A stretch of 64,000 nt of DNA from Chrysomallon squamiferum (GCA_012295275.1 CM022672.1:34038001-34102000); one strand, 5' to 3'; numbered from the stretch's first letter, positions 21,383 through 33,661 are shown. A program made the numbers and translations. Notes: generated by a model not told the origin, from the letters alone.

Positions 21383-24077
21383 TTGTGCTATGCCTGTGAC
21401 TGATACAGACACCCCATGTTTTGTGTAAACCTGGGGACTCTCAATAGTTAGAGTCATAGTGTTCAACGTCATTCTTCACAAAAACAAAATAAATTAATTT
21501 AAAATAATAATAATTTAATTGAGAAATAAGAGAGAAAAAAAAATTGATTTAATAAAATAATATATTGTTTGGCTTGTTAATTTAAGAGTAAATAATAAAT
21601 ATAATTAAAAAAAAACATTGTTTGGTTTATTAACTAAGATTAAATAAGAAATAACTTGGCTTATAAACAACTGTATTTTCAAATAAAAAAAATTAAATTA
21701 AAAAACATTTGTCTTGCTTTATATTTTTTGAAAAGCTATTTGGCTTATTGAAGAATAATAACAAAACCACTAGGCTTATAAGTTACAAACAAATCTATTT
21801 TCAATAAAACAAATTAAAAAAATTTGAAGGAAAAAGAAAATTAATGGTTAAATAACTGGTCTTATAAAAACATCTATTTCCATTAAACTATTATAATAAA
21901 AATAAATTAATTTAAAAAATAAATAAAATATAGGGTTATTAAATAAGAAATAACTTATAAACAATTCTATTTAAATAATCAAATATGTTGTATTTTGGTA
22001 TATGTGTTTATATCCACTATAATTTACAGAGCTGTCAATGTTTAAAATATTTCCAAATACACCACACACACACTGTGTGTGTGTGTTATGTATGTATGTA
22101 TCATTGTATGTATGTATATATGTTAATCTTATGTCATGGAACATTTTATTTTCTACAGCACTTATAATCATTTGGTACTAGTTAAGTCTGTATGTTTGTT
22201 TCTAATTAATATACTGTTTATTATATACATATATATTTTTATTTCTATGTTTTTTTAATTATGTCTCTTGATAACAGCTAATCATTACAACGATAATGAA
22301 CTAATTATTAACTAAAATGTGTTCACCTCGTTAGTGTTAACCTGTGTGCTTACATCTCACTTGTATAACGAATGTATTATTAATGTTAATTAATGTTCTT
22401 ACCTTTGAAGCCGTTGAATACCTGGCCAAACGAAAACACGCCCCCCAGGTATAAAAACCGACTGACCATGACAACACCCTGAAAAACAATAGATGGTAAT
22501 GAACAGCTGGAGTCTAGTGATTAAAACAGTGGCTAACACTGTGTCAGCTATTTTATATTTATTTCATACACACACAGAGAAGATTTAAAATAATAATAAT
22601 AATTAAAAAAATAATATAAAATAAACAAACAATGATGGCTGTTTATTTCCTATTCCAAATTTTTTTTAAAAAGAAAGGCTTTGGTAATATCATTTATACA
22701 GTTAATTGCTGCTTGTTAATCAGCATCTTTGTTTTATATAAAAAATACCAGAACATTTCTATCAATTTTCTAAAAAGAATTTTGGAAAACAACATGATTA
22801 TAAACACTTGAATTAACCCCACCGGAGGTAAAAATTACATACAACTCGTTTGCTTTGTGCCATGGTTTGATAATTTATTTATTTATAACACAAGGTATGA
22901 TAACTGTTTTGTGGACATTTCATTTCATGTCATTGTTTTCCATGTAAAATACACAGGGCCCCTTACATGGGTTCTATTTTCACTAGGAATGAATGCTACT
23001 TAGAATTAACTTAAGTTACTTTGTTTCATTATGAAATATTACCGAGTATTTTCTGTTTCTGACATTCTGTATAGAGTATGGAAATGAACCATGATTTTTA
23101 TTTATCTTTCCCCACATTTATTATTAAAATTATTTTTGTTGCTGTGTGGCTGTTCTTTTTGTCATGATTATAAATATAGAAAAACATTAAGAGTTTACTT
23201 CAAAGGAAACGTTTTCATATATATTCGTTTAATTATTCATCTGATTTATTTTATTATGAGTTTTGCAATATTTTATATAACATCACATGCTGCCATTGAT
23301 AAAGTTATAGTGTAATGATCATAATGCAATGGTGCTTTAATAAAATGAGTGGAAAAAAAGAAAGCAAACCGCACAATCCCAACAATATTTATATAAACAG
23401 TTTTATATTTCTAAATTGTAATTTCTATTAAAATTTAAATTCTATTTAATACCTTTGTTAGATCAATACCATTAGCATCTAATTTGTAACTATGTTATAC
23501 ATTGTAGAACAACATCAATACATCAAAGTAATAAATATTTATTATTGCGCAATATTAAATTATAACTGGAGTTGGTACATTTCGCAATATGTCAAATGTA
23601 TTACGCAAAAATTATAAACATACCGATTGAAAAAAAAAATTATGATAATAACTTGTATTATTAACTAAATACCACCCTGAAAAACATGTAAATATATGAT
23701 CGAAATTTTTAATAAGGTTTTTTTTTTTTTTTTTAACATGAACTGATGAAATGTAAATAAACATTTCTTAAATATCTTTCGACGTATTTTATTTTTTTCA
23801 TTGTGAATGCTGTCTTAAAATATGCAGGGAATAACGATTATTTAGTAAATAAAGCGATGAAAATAAAAATGTAATTATTGCATTCACAACAAAACCACTG
23901 TGTTTGACATTACCAGGCGTATCTAATTGATCGCGAGGCTGATACAATTCAAGGCCATTCATCGTTACGAACCGAGAAACGAAATCGGCCATTAATATCC
24001 ACAACCGTACGTGCATAAAATGTATACAGACCTGACACGACCATTACTTCATTCGGTCCACACGTTTCAAAGCCCAT
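21383..24077 (-). CDS. FLOT1: Flotillin-1, first three coding exons (SPFH/Band-7 N-terminus); the remainder is not in this window
   Basis: Exons 24032-24077 ([16 protein letters not shown]), 22403-22478 ([25 protein letters not shown]) and 21383-21473 ([30 protein letters not shown]|GTAAGT) splice in frame. They match the flotillin-1 N-terminus (FxTCGPNEAMVVSG...GGRVFV...LNTLTL...VYTRHGVPISVTGIAQ). Confidence 0.95.
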
Positions 24078-24119
24078 TTTGGCTTCTTTTTTTAAACGAA
24101 ATAAGAAATACTCTCGTTA

Positions 24120-24200
24120 TCAAACCATGTAAATATTAGGCCGGTCCTTGTCCGCAGCATTCCGCGCTCTCTGATTGGATAAGGAAGTCAGAATCGGGAA
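24120..24200 (-). promoter_or_regulatory. Probable flotillin-1 promoter with CCAAT box
   Basis: The minus strand reads ATCCAATCAG (NF-Y consensus, 24180-24171) in a local CpG-rich patch about 100 bp upstream of the ATG. Confidence 0.55.
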
Positions 24201-24982
24201 AAGATTATGTACGTTGAGTTGTGTCCCTTGATTTGTCCCAGATTATTGTTTGGCTGCAATGCAAAGAATGTTTTCAAGGCAACAGTTACCTTGGCCTTGT
24301 CTCTCATCAAATGGGGAAGGATTATTTCATTTTATTATGACATAGGTATTAAAAAAAGATCGATACTAATAATAACAAATAAATAAATAAATAAATAAAT
24401 AAATGAAATAAAATAATAATAATAATAAAAATAATAAAAATAAAAATAATAATAATAATATTAATAATAATAATAATAATAATATATATATATATATATT
24501 AATTTATTATATATAAAAAATTATATATATATTACAAAATTGTTATTATAATTTAATGCACAACTGTAGAACAATAAATAATAACACAATATTATTATGA
24601 AATAAAATTAAGATAAATTTAATTTACTGAAATACATAAGAAATTTTAAAATGTTACTATTTCTACATTTAATGCAAAAATAATGCATCAAAATGAAAAT
24701 GTTATAAACAACATGAAATTTATTTCATTTGATGAACTGTTATAAGCAACAATAAATCTATTTCATTATTAATTTTCTCTTTATAATTTCAGCACTTTTC
24801 TCAGTAACATACTGCAAGAAAACACTTCAGATATAACAGTAATAAAATAATTAAAACCTTTCAGTTGAAACAGACTGCCTCCAGTTATTTAGTCCACATA
24901 ATGACAATAGGAATTATTATTCTCAGTTCTCGTATAGTCATAGACAAATCCTCTGTCTGAAAATTCCTGAAATTTGTAGGGT

Positions 24983-25121
24983 ATAACTGGTTACTGTCTA
25001 AAGATATCACTTTTATCCTGCGAAGGTTAAAATGGCCCGATGCAGTGAGCCTCTGCTAGCTGTATCGAGCTATTTGACCTGAGCAGGTTAAAACTGATAT
25101 CTTCAGACAGTAACCAGTTAT
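24983..25121. mobile_element. Hairpin / MITE-like element
   Basis: Imperfect inverted arms of about 62 bp (ATAACTGGTTACTGTCTAAAGATATCAC... / ...CTGATATCTTCAGACAGTAACCAGTTAT) around a short loop. Related left-arm sequence occurs at about 58628-58715 and 63535-63622. Confidence 0.7.
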
Positions 25122-28100
25122 TTCTTTATTATTATTTTCATAACATTTTTATTTTTTTATTTTTTTATTGTTTATATTTTTTTGTGTGAAAATAATACGA
25201 TATGGAAAAACATCCAACAAGACCAAAGACGAAACAAGTGACATCTTGAATAGCTTGGTGACATACTGAATATTGGTTTAAAAGTGGTTTTAATTTTTAG
25301 TTTACATGAAATTAATAACAATTATCCATTATGCACTAAATAAAAAAAAATAAAAAAATATAATAAAGATGAAAATACTTCAACAAATGAAGATATTCTA
25401 ACAAAAAAGAGGGCTCAAAAGAATATAATTGATATCTTGGTGACCTATTCGAACTGCAGTTAAAAACTGATTGTAATTTTTAGTTGACTGATATAATAAT
25501 AATAATAACAGTATCATATTAAGCATATTAATATTGCACTGGTGCTAACAACTATTTTATAGAAGATAAAAGAACCCCCCACCCCACAACATAGAGCTTA
25601 CGCATTGAAACCTTCACTTGATTCATCTGTCGAGTTTTGGAATAGAAAATAAAAAAATTAAAATTTTTATAATAAAAAGATTAAAATAAAGTGAAAGGTG
25701 GCGTGAAAGGTCATCTTTGATAGTTTGGTGACATACTGGAATACAGGCCAAAAACTGATATTTATGTGCCAGCCGCACATGAGGAAAATGCAAATTCACT
25801 GATAGAAATAAAAGCTTAAAATGTTGGCTTTCATTTAAAAGATCCAACGTGTAGCGGAAATGAAAGTTTGTGCCCAACTAAAGAAACAGGAAAATCTTAA
25901 ATGGGGAAATGCCCCCCCCCTCCAAAAAAAAGCAACAAAAAAAAAAATTAAAAAAATAAAATAAAATAGAAGTGACATATAACAATCCCATATAACAGTA
26001 ATTGGTGTTGGTACAATTGGCAGATCAGGATTAACTGTGTGGATGCAATGACAGAAATGTCCCATTTCTTTCTGGTACAGTGCTCATTTTTTCCGAGAGC
26101 CATGGGAATGAAAACAACCAGTGGAAAAGAAAATGCCATTTTTCCAAAGAAGATTTCAAAGAAGAAACAAGCAGCACTGTCAGCTGCTGAAGACGTTTGA
26201 TCAGTTCCGTCGAAGAAGCTCGTCTGTTAATTGAAGCAAAGACGAGAGCCGGAAAAGAATGAAGCAAGTTCAGAGGTGGCTCTCCTTCGAGAACATTAGT
26301 TCCGATGAAGAGACGAAAAAGATGATGGCCCTGCCCTTGAAAAAAAAAGACGTCGTAAATAGTGCCACCGAGAAATTTAAAAATGAAGAGAGATGAACTG
26401 AACAGATCTTGTTGTTTCTGTTGGAAGAAAATAGAAACGAACAAGCTAAACCATTTTGACGCAGTATTACGAGGTGGGGACCTCAGTGTTCCAAGCATTG
26501 TGCGAACGACAGTGCGGAGAAACTGTTCAAATCCGCACATCGAATGTTCCAGGCAGAACAAGACAAGAAAACGGCTTTCGAATTAGTTCAGGAACTTCTG
26601 GATCACTTGAACCATTACCTGAGTCCTCACCACTCTCTTGGAACAGGACAGAAAACCCAAGTTCCTGTACAGCCTGATGACAAAAAAAAAAAAAAAAAAA
26701 AAAAAAATTGGTGGGAGAAGAAATCAAGACTGACATTATAAAATTAGACAAATCAAAGACCTCCTGACCGGAAGTTGTGAACAGAAGTGTACCACTCCCA
26801 GTTTACTGCAAAGCCAACTTCTGCTTCTTGAATAGCAAGACTATAATTTCAGCAGAAAAAATAATTTTGGTTTGACACGTTTTGATTTTTGTTTTTTTTG
26901 TTTTTTACTGAACAGGATAGGAATGTAAAACAAACTGTTCATGCAATAAACTGAAATTATATAAACTTAAATAAAAACAAAACAATCACTGCAGTTCTCA
27001 GTTTCATCAGTAACATGCTTTTAATTAGATAATATTTCTTTCATTACTGTTTATATGAAATAGCTGAAATATATATTTTGTTGATATTCTTATCATTATT
27101 ATCAGTCTATCATAAATGCAGATGCAGAACTGTAACATTTGAATCCGTATCACAAGGAATAATAAATATAAATAACTGAAATAGGACTGATAGGAATGTC
27201 ATTTTTAAGCTGTTGTTAAAAGGTTTTTACAGCAATTATCAAGGTGATGCAAATAGCTGTGTATGTGGAAATGCAAGATCACTTCACATGTATTATCTTT
27301 TCTCATGTAAATTATGCACACAATAATGGGATAAAAATAATTTTGGTAATCAAGATGTTTGTGTTTAGGGTGGCTTTATGACACCTTCCCTGGCACAGAG
27401 TTCACTCCCTTTAATCCTGTTACTCTCAAACCACATCATTTTTAATCTGTAATGCAGGTACAGTCAAATATATAATCAACAATATTCTGTGACTTTCTTG
27501 CTTTTGGTGAAATGGTGAATAGCTCGTACCTGCAGTTTCTTCACCTGTTCTTAGTACTGCAGTATATACCCTTTTTATTTATTTATTTTTTTTTTTTCAA
27601 AATGAATTTATTATTGTAATATGCATCTTTAAAATGAGTTATTCTGTTTAATCTATGTTTCAAAGGCCTACATACGAGTCTAAAATCTTAAACAAATCTT
27701 TGAAGGATTTAAATCGAAACAGATGAAAATATATGAAATTCTGTCTGTATCGGTGAGCTCAGAGTCAGGTTAATGTGACTAATTTGATACCACAAAAGTA
27801 TTGGACTGATCTAAAATATCTGCTTATTTACTTTATATGTTCCTTTTCACACCCAATTCACCGTAATGAAATCTACAGTAAAAGTTTATACTTTTGTTAA
27901 GGGATAACCAAAACCTAATATAAAAAAAAAAAAAAAAAATTCTAACAAAAATATGACTCAGTATTTTGTAGTAGTTAGAATATACAACAAATCCAGTATG
28001 ATTATACTTGATATTGCTGGAATAGATATCACATGCTAGGGATATTCTGATTTGATGCTGCAATACAGACTATATAACTGGACATAGCACTTGAGTAGAT

Positions 28101-28462
28101 ACCAGTATGCTTAATACTTAAAGTATACACACACCCGCAAAGTCTGAATATACTTAATACTGCTGCAATGGACATATCCTTGAAGTAGATACTTCATTCA
28201 TTGAGTAGATGCTATTCAACTGGAGTAGACACCAAATGCTTGGAGTAGAGATCATATAATAGCATTATTCTTATTTGATATTGCAATGCAGATCATATGA
28301 TTGGACACTACTATATTATTTGATTACAAGTGGTGAGAACATCAGTGCAATTGGAAGCAGAACTCATTTTGTTACTAAAACAATGGGCAGAAAATCATGG
28401 ATGTCGAAAACCATAAATAAATTACATTAACATTTCAAAGACGGTTCACCTACACTATGAAA

Positions 28463-28501
<39 letters not shown>

Positions 28502-29377
28502 TATATATAAATAACAAAATAAAATAAAATAATAATAATAAAGTAAAAGAAAAAAAAAAAAGAAAAAAAAGTAGAAAATAATTTAAAAAAAAAAAAAAAA
28601 TCAAGAGAGAAGTTCGAGATGCGGCCATAGTATCAAGTTGTTTATTACAACATTTGTGAGAATATTGGGGAACCCTACCTATGAAACCAGGCGTACGTTC
28701 AGGAAATCTGGAGAATACATCAGTCATCTTCGTTTCGTCGTTTCGATCTTACTCCAGTGTGCAAATACACTCACGAGATACACGATATACTGCAGTAGGT
28801 AAAAAAAAAAAAAATAATAATAATAATAAAAAAAAAGATTGAAAATTAGCATGTCAAAGTTAGAGATGATTCTAACAAACAACATACCAGGTTTTAAACA
28901 GTAGCAAGCGAATTTGAATATTTGAGATAATTTATAACTAATTTACTTTCATCTAGATTAATAAAGAACAAACTAAAAAAAATAAAATAAAACAATTTTT
29001 ATTTATTTATTTATTTATTTATAATAATAATAATAATAACAATAATAACAATAATAATAATAATAATAATAATAATATCACATATAGCCAAAAATTAATT
29101 CATCAATAAAAAAAACAACATACATGCATACTAACAAAATCGATTTATTAAAAAAACAAAACTGCTGAAAATACAATTTCCACTAACTTGCCTGGCTCAG
29201 AATACCTCACCTTCTTTCACTTTTTTTCGATTTTGATTTTCTTTACATCTTCCTCGATTCTTTTTTTCCAGAAAAAAGAAATACTGCCTCATCCAAACTT
29301 TCAAAAGCATTCATTTCTATGAATGTGTCCTCCGATTTCATCTTAAAATGCACTCGCACTTGGACGCTAAAATATTT

Positions 29378-29480
29378 GATGACGTGTATCAGTGAGTCAT
29401 TCTGATTGGCTGAATGAATAAAATCTTCGTCAAGCGAGAAAACAAAGGTCACTGAACGGCGAGGAAGTGATGGCGCGACG
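29378..29480 (-). promoter_or_regulatory. Promoter-like motif cluster
   Basis: TGACGT (29380), TGAGTCA (29393) and CTGATTGGCT (CCAAT, 29402-29411) sit in a CpG-rich patch. A minus-strand donor AG|GTGAGG lies at 29210. Confidence 0.45.
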
Positions 29481-29698
29481 AATAGCAGACGATGTCATAA
29501 CCGCGCCAAAACAAAAGTACGACCTGAAAAAATGTAGTACAGAGAACACTGATAGCAAATGCTCACTCTTTTTTTCAGTTGTAAAAATGCATTTAAAAAA
29601 CAACCAAATAAACCCAGACTGATAATGATGATGATAATAATAATAATAACAACAACAACAACAACAACAATAAATAAATAATAATATATGTAAAAATA

Positions 29699-29738
<40 letters not shown>

Positions 29739-30275
29739 TCTCAATGAATTTGTATAATTATCTTTATAAATATATATGATCTTTTTGTTTATCTGTTATT
29801 ATTTTTAATCTGTTGCATTAAAATGTATTTTGTCCATCTCTGTTGTCTTTAGCGTTTCTATTTTATTCAGCCATCATTTTTTGTTTTCTCATTTTTTTCT
29901 TTTCTTTTATTTATTTACTTATAATTTAATCACCATAGAATGTTTCTAGGACAGCATGAAGTGGTCAAGTATTTTGATTAAATGATATAAAATGGATTTT
30001 GTATTCGGCTGTTTTACAAATGTTGAACTATTTGACTTACGAGGACAAAAATCATTAGGTATTTCCACAGGATTTGTTATTTAGGAATGAAGTTCGTTTA
30101 ATTAAATAATTGGAAAACATATTTGTTATTTTAGAGATTTTATTCTGATGTCAGAAACTTGATATTACTCATAAACTGATATGAATTCTTATTTTTCTTT
30201 TTGTTATTATCTTCATGTCACATTCAGTTAATCAATTTAAAGATAACTGAGAAGTAAAGGAAAGATAATTATATA

Positions 30276-30341
<66 letters not shown>

Positions 30342-31289
30342 AATAAATAAATAGATAAATAAAAAATAAATATCTATAAATTAAAACTAAGTAAATAAAT
30401 AATCTGAACAAAATTGTAAATTCTGTTCACTTTACTATTCTGTAAATTTAAACAAATTTAAGAACTTTTTTCTGAAGTAGAAGATACTTCTAAAACATAT
30501 TATTTCATTCTTTCTTTCTTTTATTTTCTTTGACCAGACATATCAGAAAAACGTATTAATTTTATTTCGTGTGTTTTTTTTCCCTAACGATTATAATAAA
30601 AACACTACGGGCACTGCATAAGTCATTTTGATAACCTTAAACTACTGAAGTGATTTTGACACGTGACGTCACAAGCTATTTTTGTATGCTGACATTTAAC
30701 TTGAAGACAGTTTTATTACCAATGTACTTTACAAGTTAAAACATAATATTTAGTTAAATAAATAGTAAAATTGTAAAAAATAGAATGTATGTGTACATCC
30801 TTTGATTAATAAGTTATCTTTCGTTTTAAATTTATTATTGATGCTATTTTATTATTGATAATTAATTTTTAAAGACTAGATCGTCTGACCCAAATCATGA
30901 AAAACTAGACTTGAACCGCGTTACTTGCCAGTTCAGTTAATTACTAGTAGATATCAATTTAATTAATAACGCTCTGTTTAGTGAATTTAATAAAATAAAG
31001 ATCGAAAGAATATAACCCATGAAGGAAAAATAAAGAAAACGTGTTTGTCTTGTTATTATTTATTTATTTTACTTTTTTTAAATTTGATGTTCGTAGTGGT
31101 TTCTAGGAATTTCGATTTGAAATCCATGACTCTCCAAATTAATTTTTATTTACCATTTAAATTATTAAATACCTAGATCAGTTTTTCACTGAATGGAAGG
31201 TTTTTTTTTTTTTTTTTTTTTTTTTTACCGTTTGAAGTACTTCAAGTCGTACCACTAACCTGTCTCCCATTTTCGCTTGACTGCGTCTC

Positions 31290-31790
31290 GCTCAAAGCGA
31301 GGTCGGCGCCATATTTGTATTTTGTCGCAGTTGATATCTTTCCCAGTCGTGAAATGTAATTAATGATAAGAAGTCGTCAAAAACCAACACAGCTCGCTCA
31401 AGTTAAGAAAGCTGTATATTAATCAAATATGGTTAACGGTTCACACACACACACACACTGTATACATTAAACTGTATACAGAATCGTGTACGGACATGTC
31501 TGGGTTTTTCCAGTCGGGGTTTTTCGAGTCTGGGCTTTTCAGTCTGTTTTACCTTCGTCAAGTAAACATTACAATTCAGTCAAACCCAACCTGGCAGAGT
31601 GACAAGTACACACAGCAAACATTTAGAACAGTAAGAATATTACTTTACTGTATATATGTGTTTTGCCTCTCGGTTAACCGTCAAATAATTATTGATGAGC
31701 GCTTCAAGAAGGTGAAATATTAAATTGTTTTCGAGAAGGAGATTAATTGTTTCCTGTATTCTATTCTGTATCGACTATTAAAAATAAATA
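31290..31790 (+). promoter_or_regulatory. Upstream module shared by the caspase-like loci, with three tandem kappaB-like sites
   Basis: GGCGCCATAT block at 31305 recurs at 55192. 31700-31780 recurs at 55865-55934 and 61860-61925. GGGTTTTTCC (31502), GGGGTTTTTC (31516) and GGGCTTTTCA (31532) are spaced about 15 nt apart. Confidence 0.5.
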
Positions 31791-31842
31791 AATAATAAAT
31801 AAAATAAAATAAAATAAAAACTAGCAAGAAAGAAGAGGAAAT

Positions 31843-32799
31843 ATGTGTAAAAGATGCAACACGATCGTTGATGGATTGGAAAATTTTCATTGTTTGATAG
31901 AATTTGTTTTGTGGCTATTTTCGTGCATGTATTTTCTGATTGGTATTGCAGAACATTACTACAATGTCAGTACACCATATTATGACATTGGTACGGCTAT
32001 TATATTGAGAGGTTTCGCTTGTGCAGCGGGATTTACACGGGACGGATTATATAACAAATATGTCTTTGCGTCGTATGTCACCCTTTTAATTGATGCTCTG
32101 TTGTTTGAAATGTTCCGACCAATAGCAAGACACACTCTTCTTTTGGAAGACGAATCTTTCTGTTTCAGTCTTCCAACATACTGGATGCTCGTTGTTTCCT
32201 ATCATCTTCTCACAAACAACAAGATCGCGACGTTTCTACTCAGCGATGAGACAATTGAATATACGTTGTTAAATTTTATCCTATTCAACTGTGAAGAACT
32301 GCAGAAACAGCGAGCTACACCCGTTTATTCGTATCCTGTGGCACTGTCGCATGAAACTGTTTTTGAGCGGTTCCCTCTGGACACTACAATATACGTAATA
32401 AACATCATCATTATCACTCAACTGTTATACGAATTTAATCTTAATTTCTACTTTTTGCTACATTTTGAATTTGAATTCAGTTTGTACTTTGGACGAAGGT
32501 CTAAATTATGCCCTTTTGAACAAAGTGAGAAACTTTCAAATAAATCTAAGTCTGATACACAAACGATAATTAAAAAATTCAAACGGAAACATATCAAAAC
32601 TTACACAGTGATTTCCACCAGAAAGATTCATCGTTTGTTTTTGCAGTCGAAGCAATGGAACGTCAGATCATTTTTTTCAAAACATGTGATAAATCGTAGT
32701 TTATCTGTTGGAGACGCAAACAGTGAACGTTTTCAAGAGGCTGGACTCAGTAACCTGACTGAGAATGAGACAGACGTGTTTTATTTCTACACTGATTGA
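31843..32799 (+). CDS. 318-aa ORF: hydrophobic (putative multi-pass) domain + caspase N-terminal linker; catalytic core deleted
   Basis: A long ORF in very AT-rich DNA. Its C-terminus RSLSVGDANSERFQEAGLSNLTENETDV matches RSLSVKDAKSERFEEAGLGNLTENETEV of the 55935 caspase. The sequence then jumps out of frame into small-subunit DNA. Confidence 0.65.
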   Translation: MCKRCNTIVDGLENFHCLIEFVLWLFSCMYFLIGIAEHYYNVSTPYYDIGTAIILRGFACAAGFTRDGLYNKYVFASYVTLLIDALLFEMFRPIARHTLLLEDESFCFSLPTYWMLVVSYHLLTNNKIATFLLSDETIEYTLLNFILFNCEELQKQRATPVYSYPVALSHETVFERFPLDTTIYVINIIIITQLLYEFNLNFYFLLHFEFEFSLYFGRRSKLCPFEQSEKLSNKSKSDTQTIIKKFKRKHIKTYTVISTRKIHRLFLQSKQWNVRSFFSKHVINRSLSVGDANSERFQEAGLSNLTENETDVFYFYTD

Positions 32800-32937
32800 A
32801 GTACTCGACAACAATCCTCGAGTCAGTCTTCTCAATATAATCACCATGGTGACAAAGAAAATGGATGAAGTTACTGATCCGAAACAAATTCCTATATTGA
32901 AGTCGACTCTCCGGAAACGAATTATTTTTTAAACTAG
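32777..32937 (+). pseudogene. Caspase small-subunit (p10) fragment, out of frame with the upstream ORF
   Basis: FISTLIEVLDNNPRVSLLNIITMVTKKMDEVTDPKQIPILKSTLRKRIIF; matches the C-termini at 56704-56861 and 62884-63041. Confidence 0.85.
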
Positions 32938-33084
32938 TTTTTTTTATTTCAGGTGATTTCATAAAAAAGTTCGTTTGAAAATAAGGTACTTTGACATAAA
33001 CATGTTTTCGAAAAACAGAAGAAAAAAAAAGAATGAAAAAGAAAACGAAACAGAAAATGTTTGTCTTCTTCGATTATATCAGTA

Positions 33085-33339
33085 AAAGGAATTTGTGTTA
33101 TCATCAACAACCGAGATTTTACTGATGAACGACTAAGTCGACGCGATGGCACAGACGAAGATAAAAACAAAGTGGAAGACTTTTTCAGACGACGTCATTT
33201 TGAAGTGAGAATCTTTGAAAACCAGACGGATTCGGGTATGCTGCAAGAACTAAAACGAATATCTTTGCTGGATCATGGTAGCTACGACTGTTTCGTCTGC
33301 TTCATACTTTCACATGGAGAGAACGAGTCAGTGTGTGGA
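33085..33339 (+). pseudogene. Caspase large-subunit (p20) fragment
   Basis: KGICVIINNRDFTDERLSRRDGTDEDK...DCFVCFILSHGENESVCG; truncated before the QACxG motif and lacking an ATG. Confidence 0.88.
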
Positions 33340-33403
33340 CTGAACAGTTACTTTTGTGTTTCAAATATAATTATTTATTTACATATATTTTGACTTTATT
33401 ACT

Positions 33404-33468
<65 letters not shown>

Positions 33469-33619
33469 TTGGTTTTTGTTGTAGTTGTAGTGGTGGGCAT
33501 GTATTTTTTAAATATATTTAAAACAAAATTAAACAATTTTATAATAAATAAAAATGAAAATCATTTCGATATGTAATTTTTAAATCTCTAAATAATCTTT
33601 CTTCTTTTTTCCTTTTTTT

Positions 33620-33661
<42 letters not shown>

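Noticed and set aside
26031-26561. 176-aa minus-strand ORF as a gene
   Set aside because: No recognisable motifs; the coding-like bias is on the opposite strand.
27990-28320. Short degenerate repeats (TTGAGTAGATAC / TGGAGTAGA) as a structured array
   Set aside because: Irregular period and low identity; most likely an old minisatellite.
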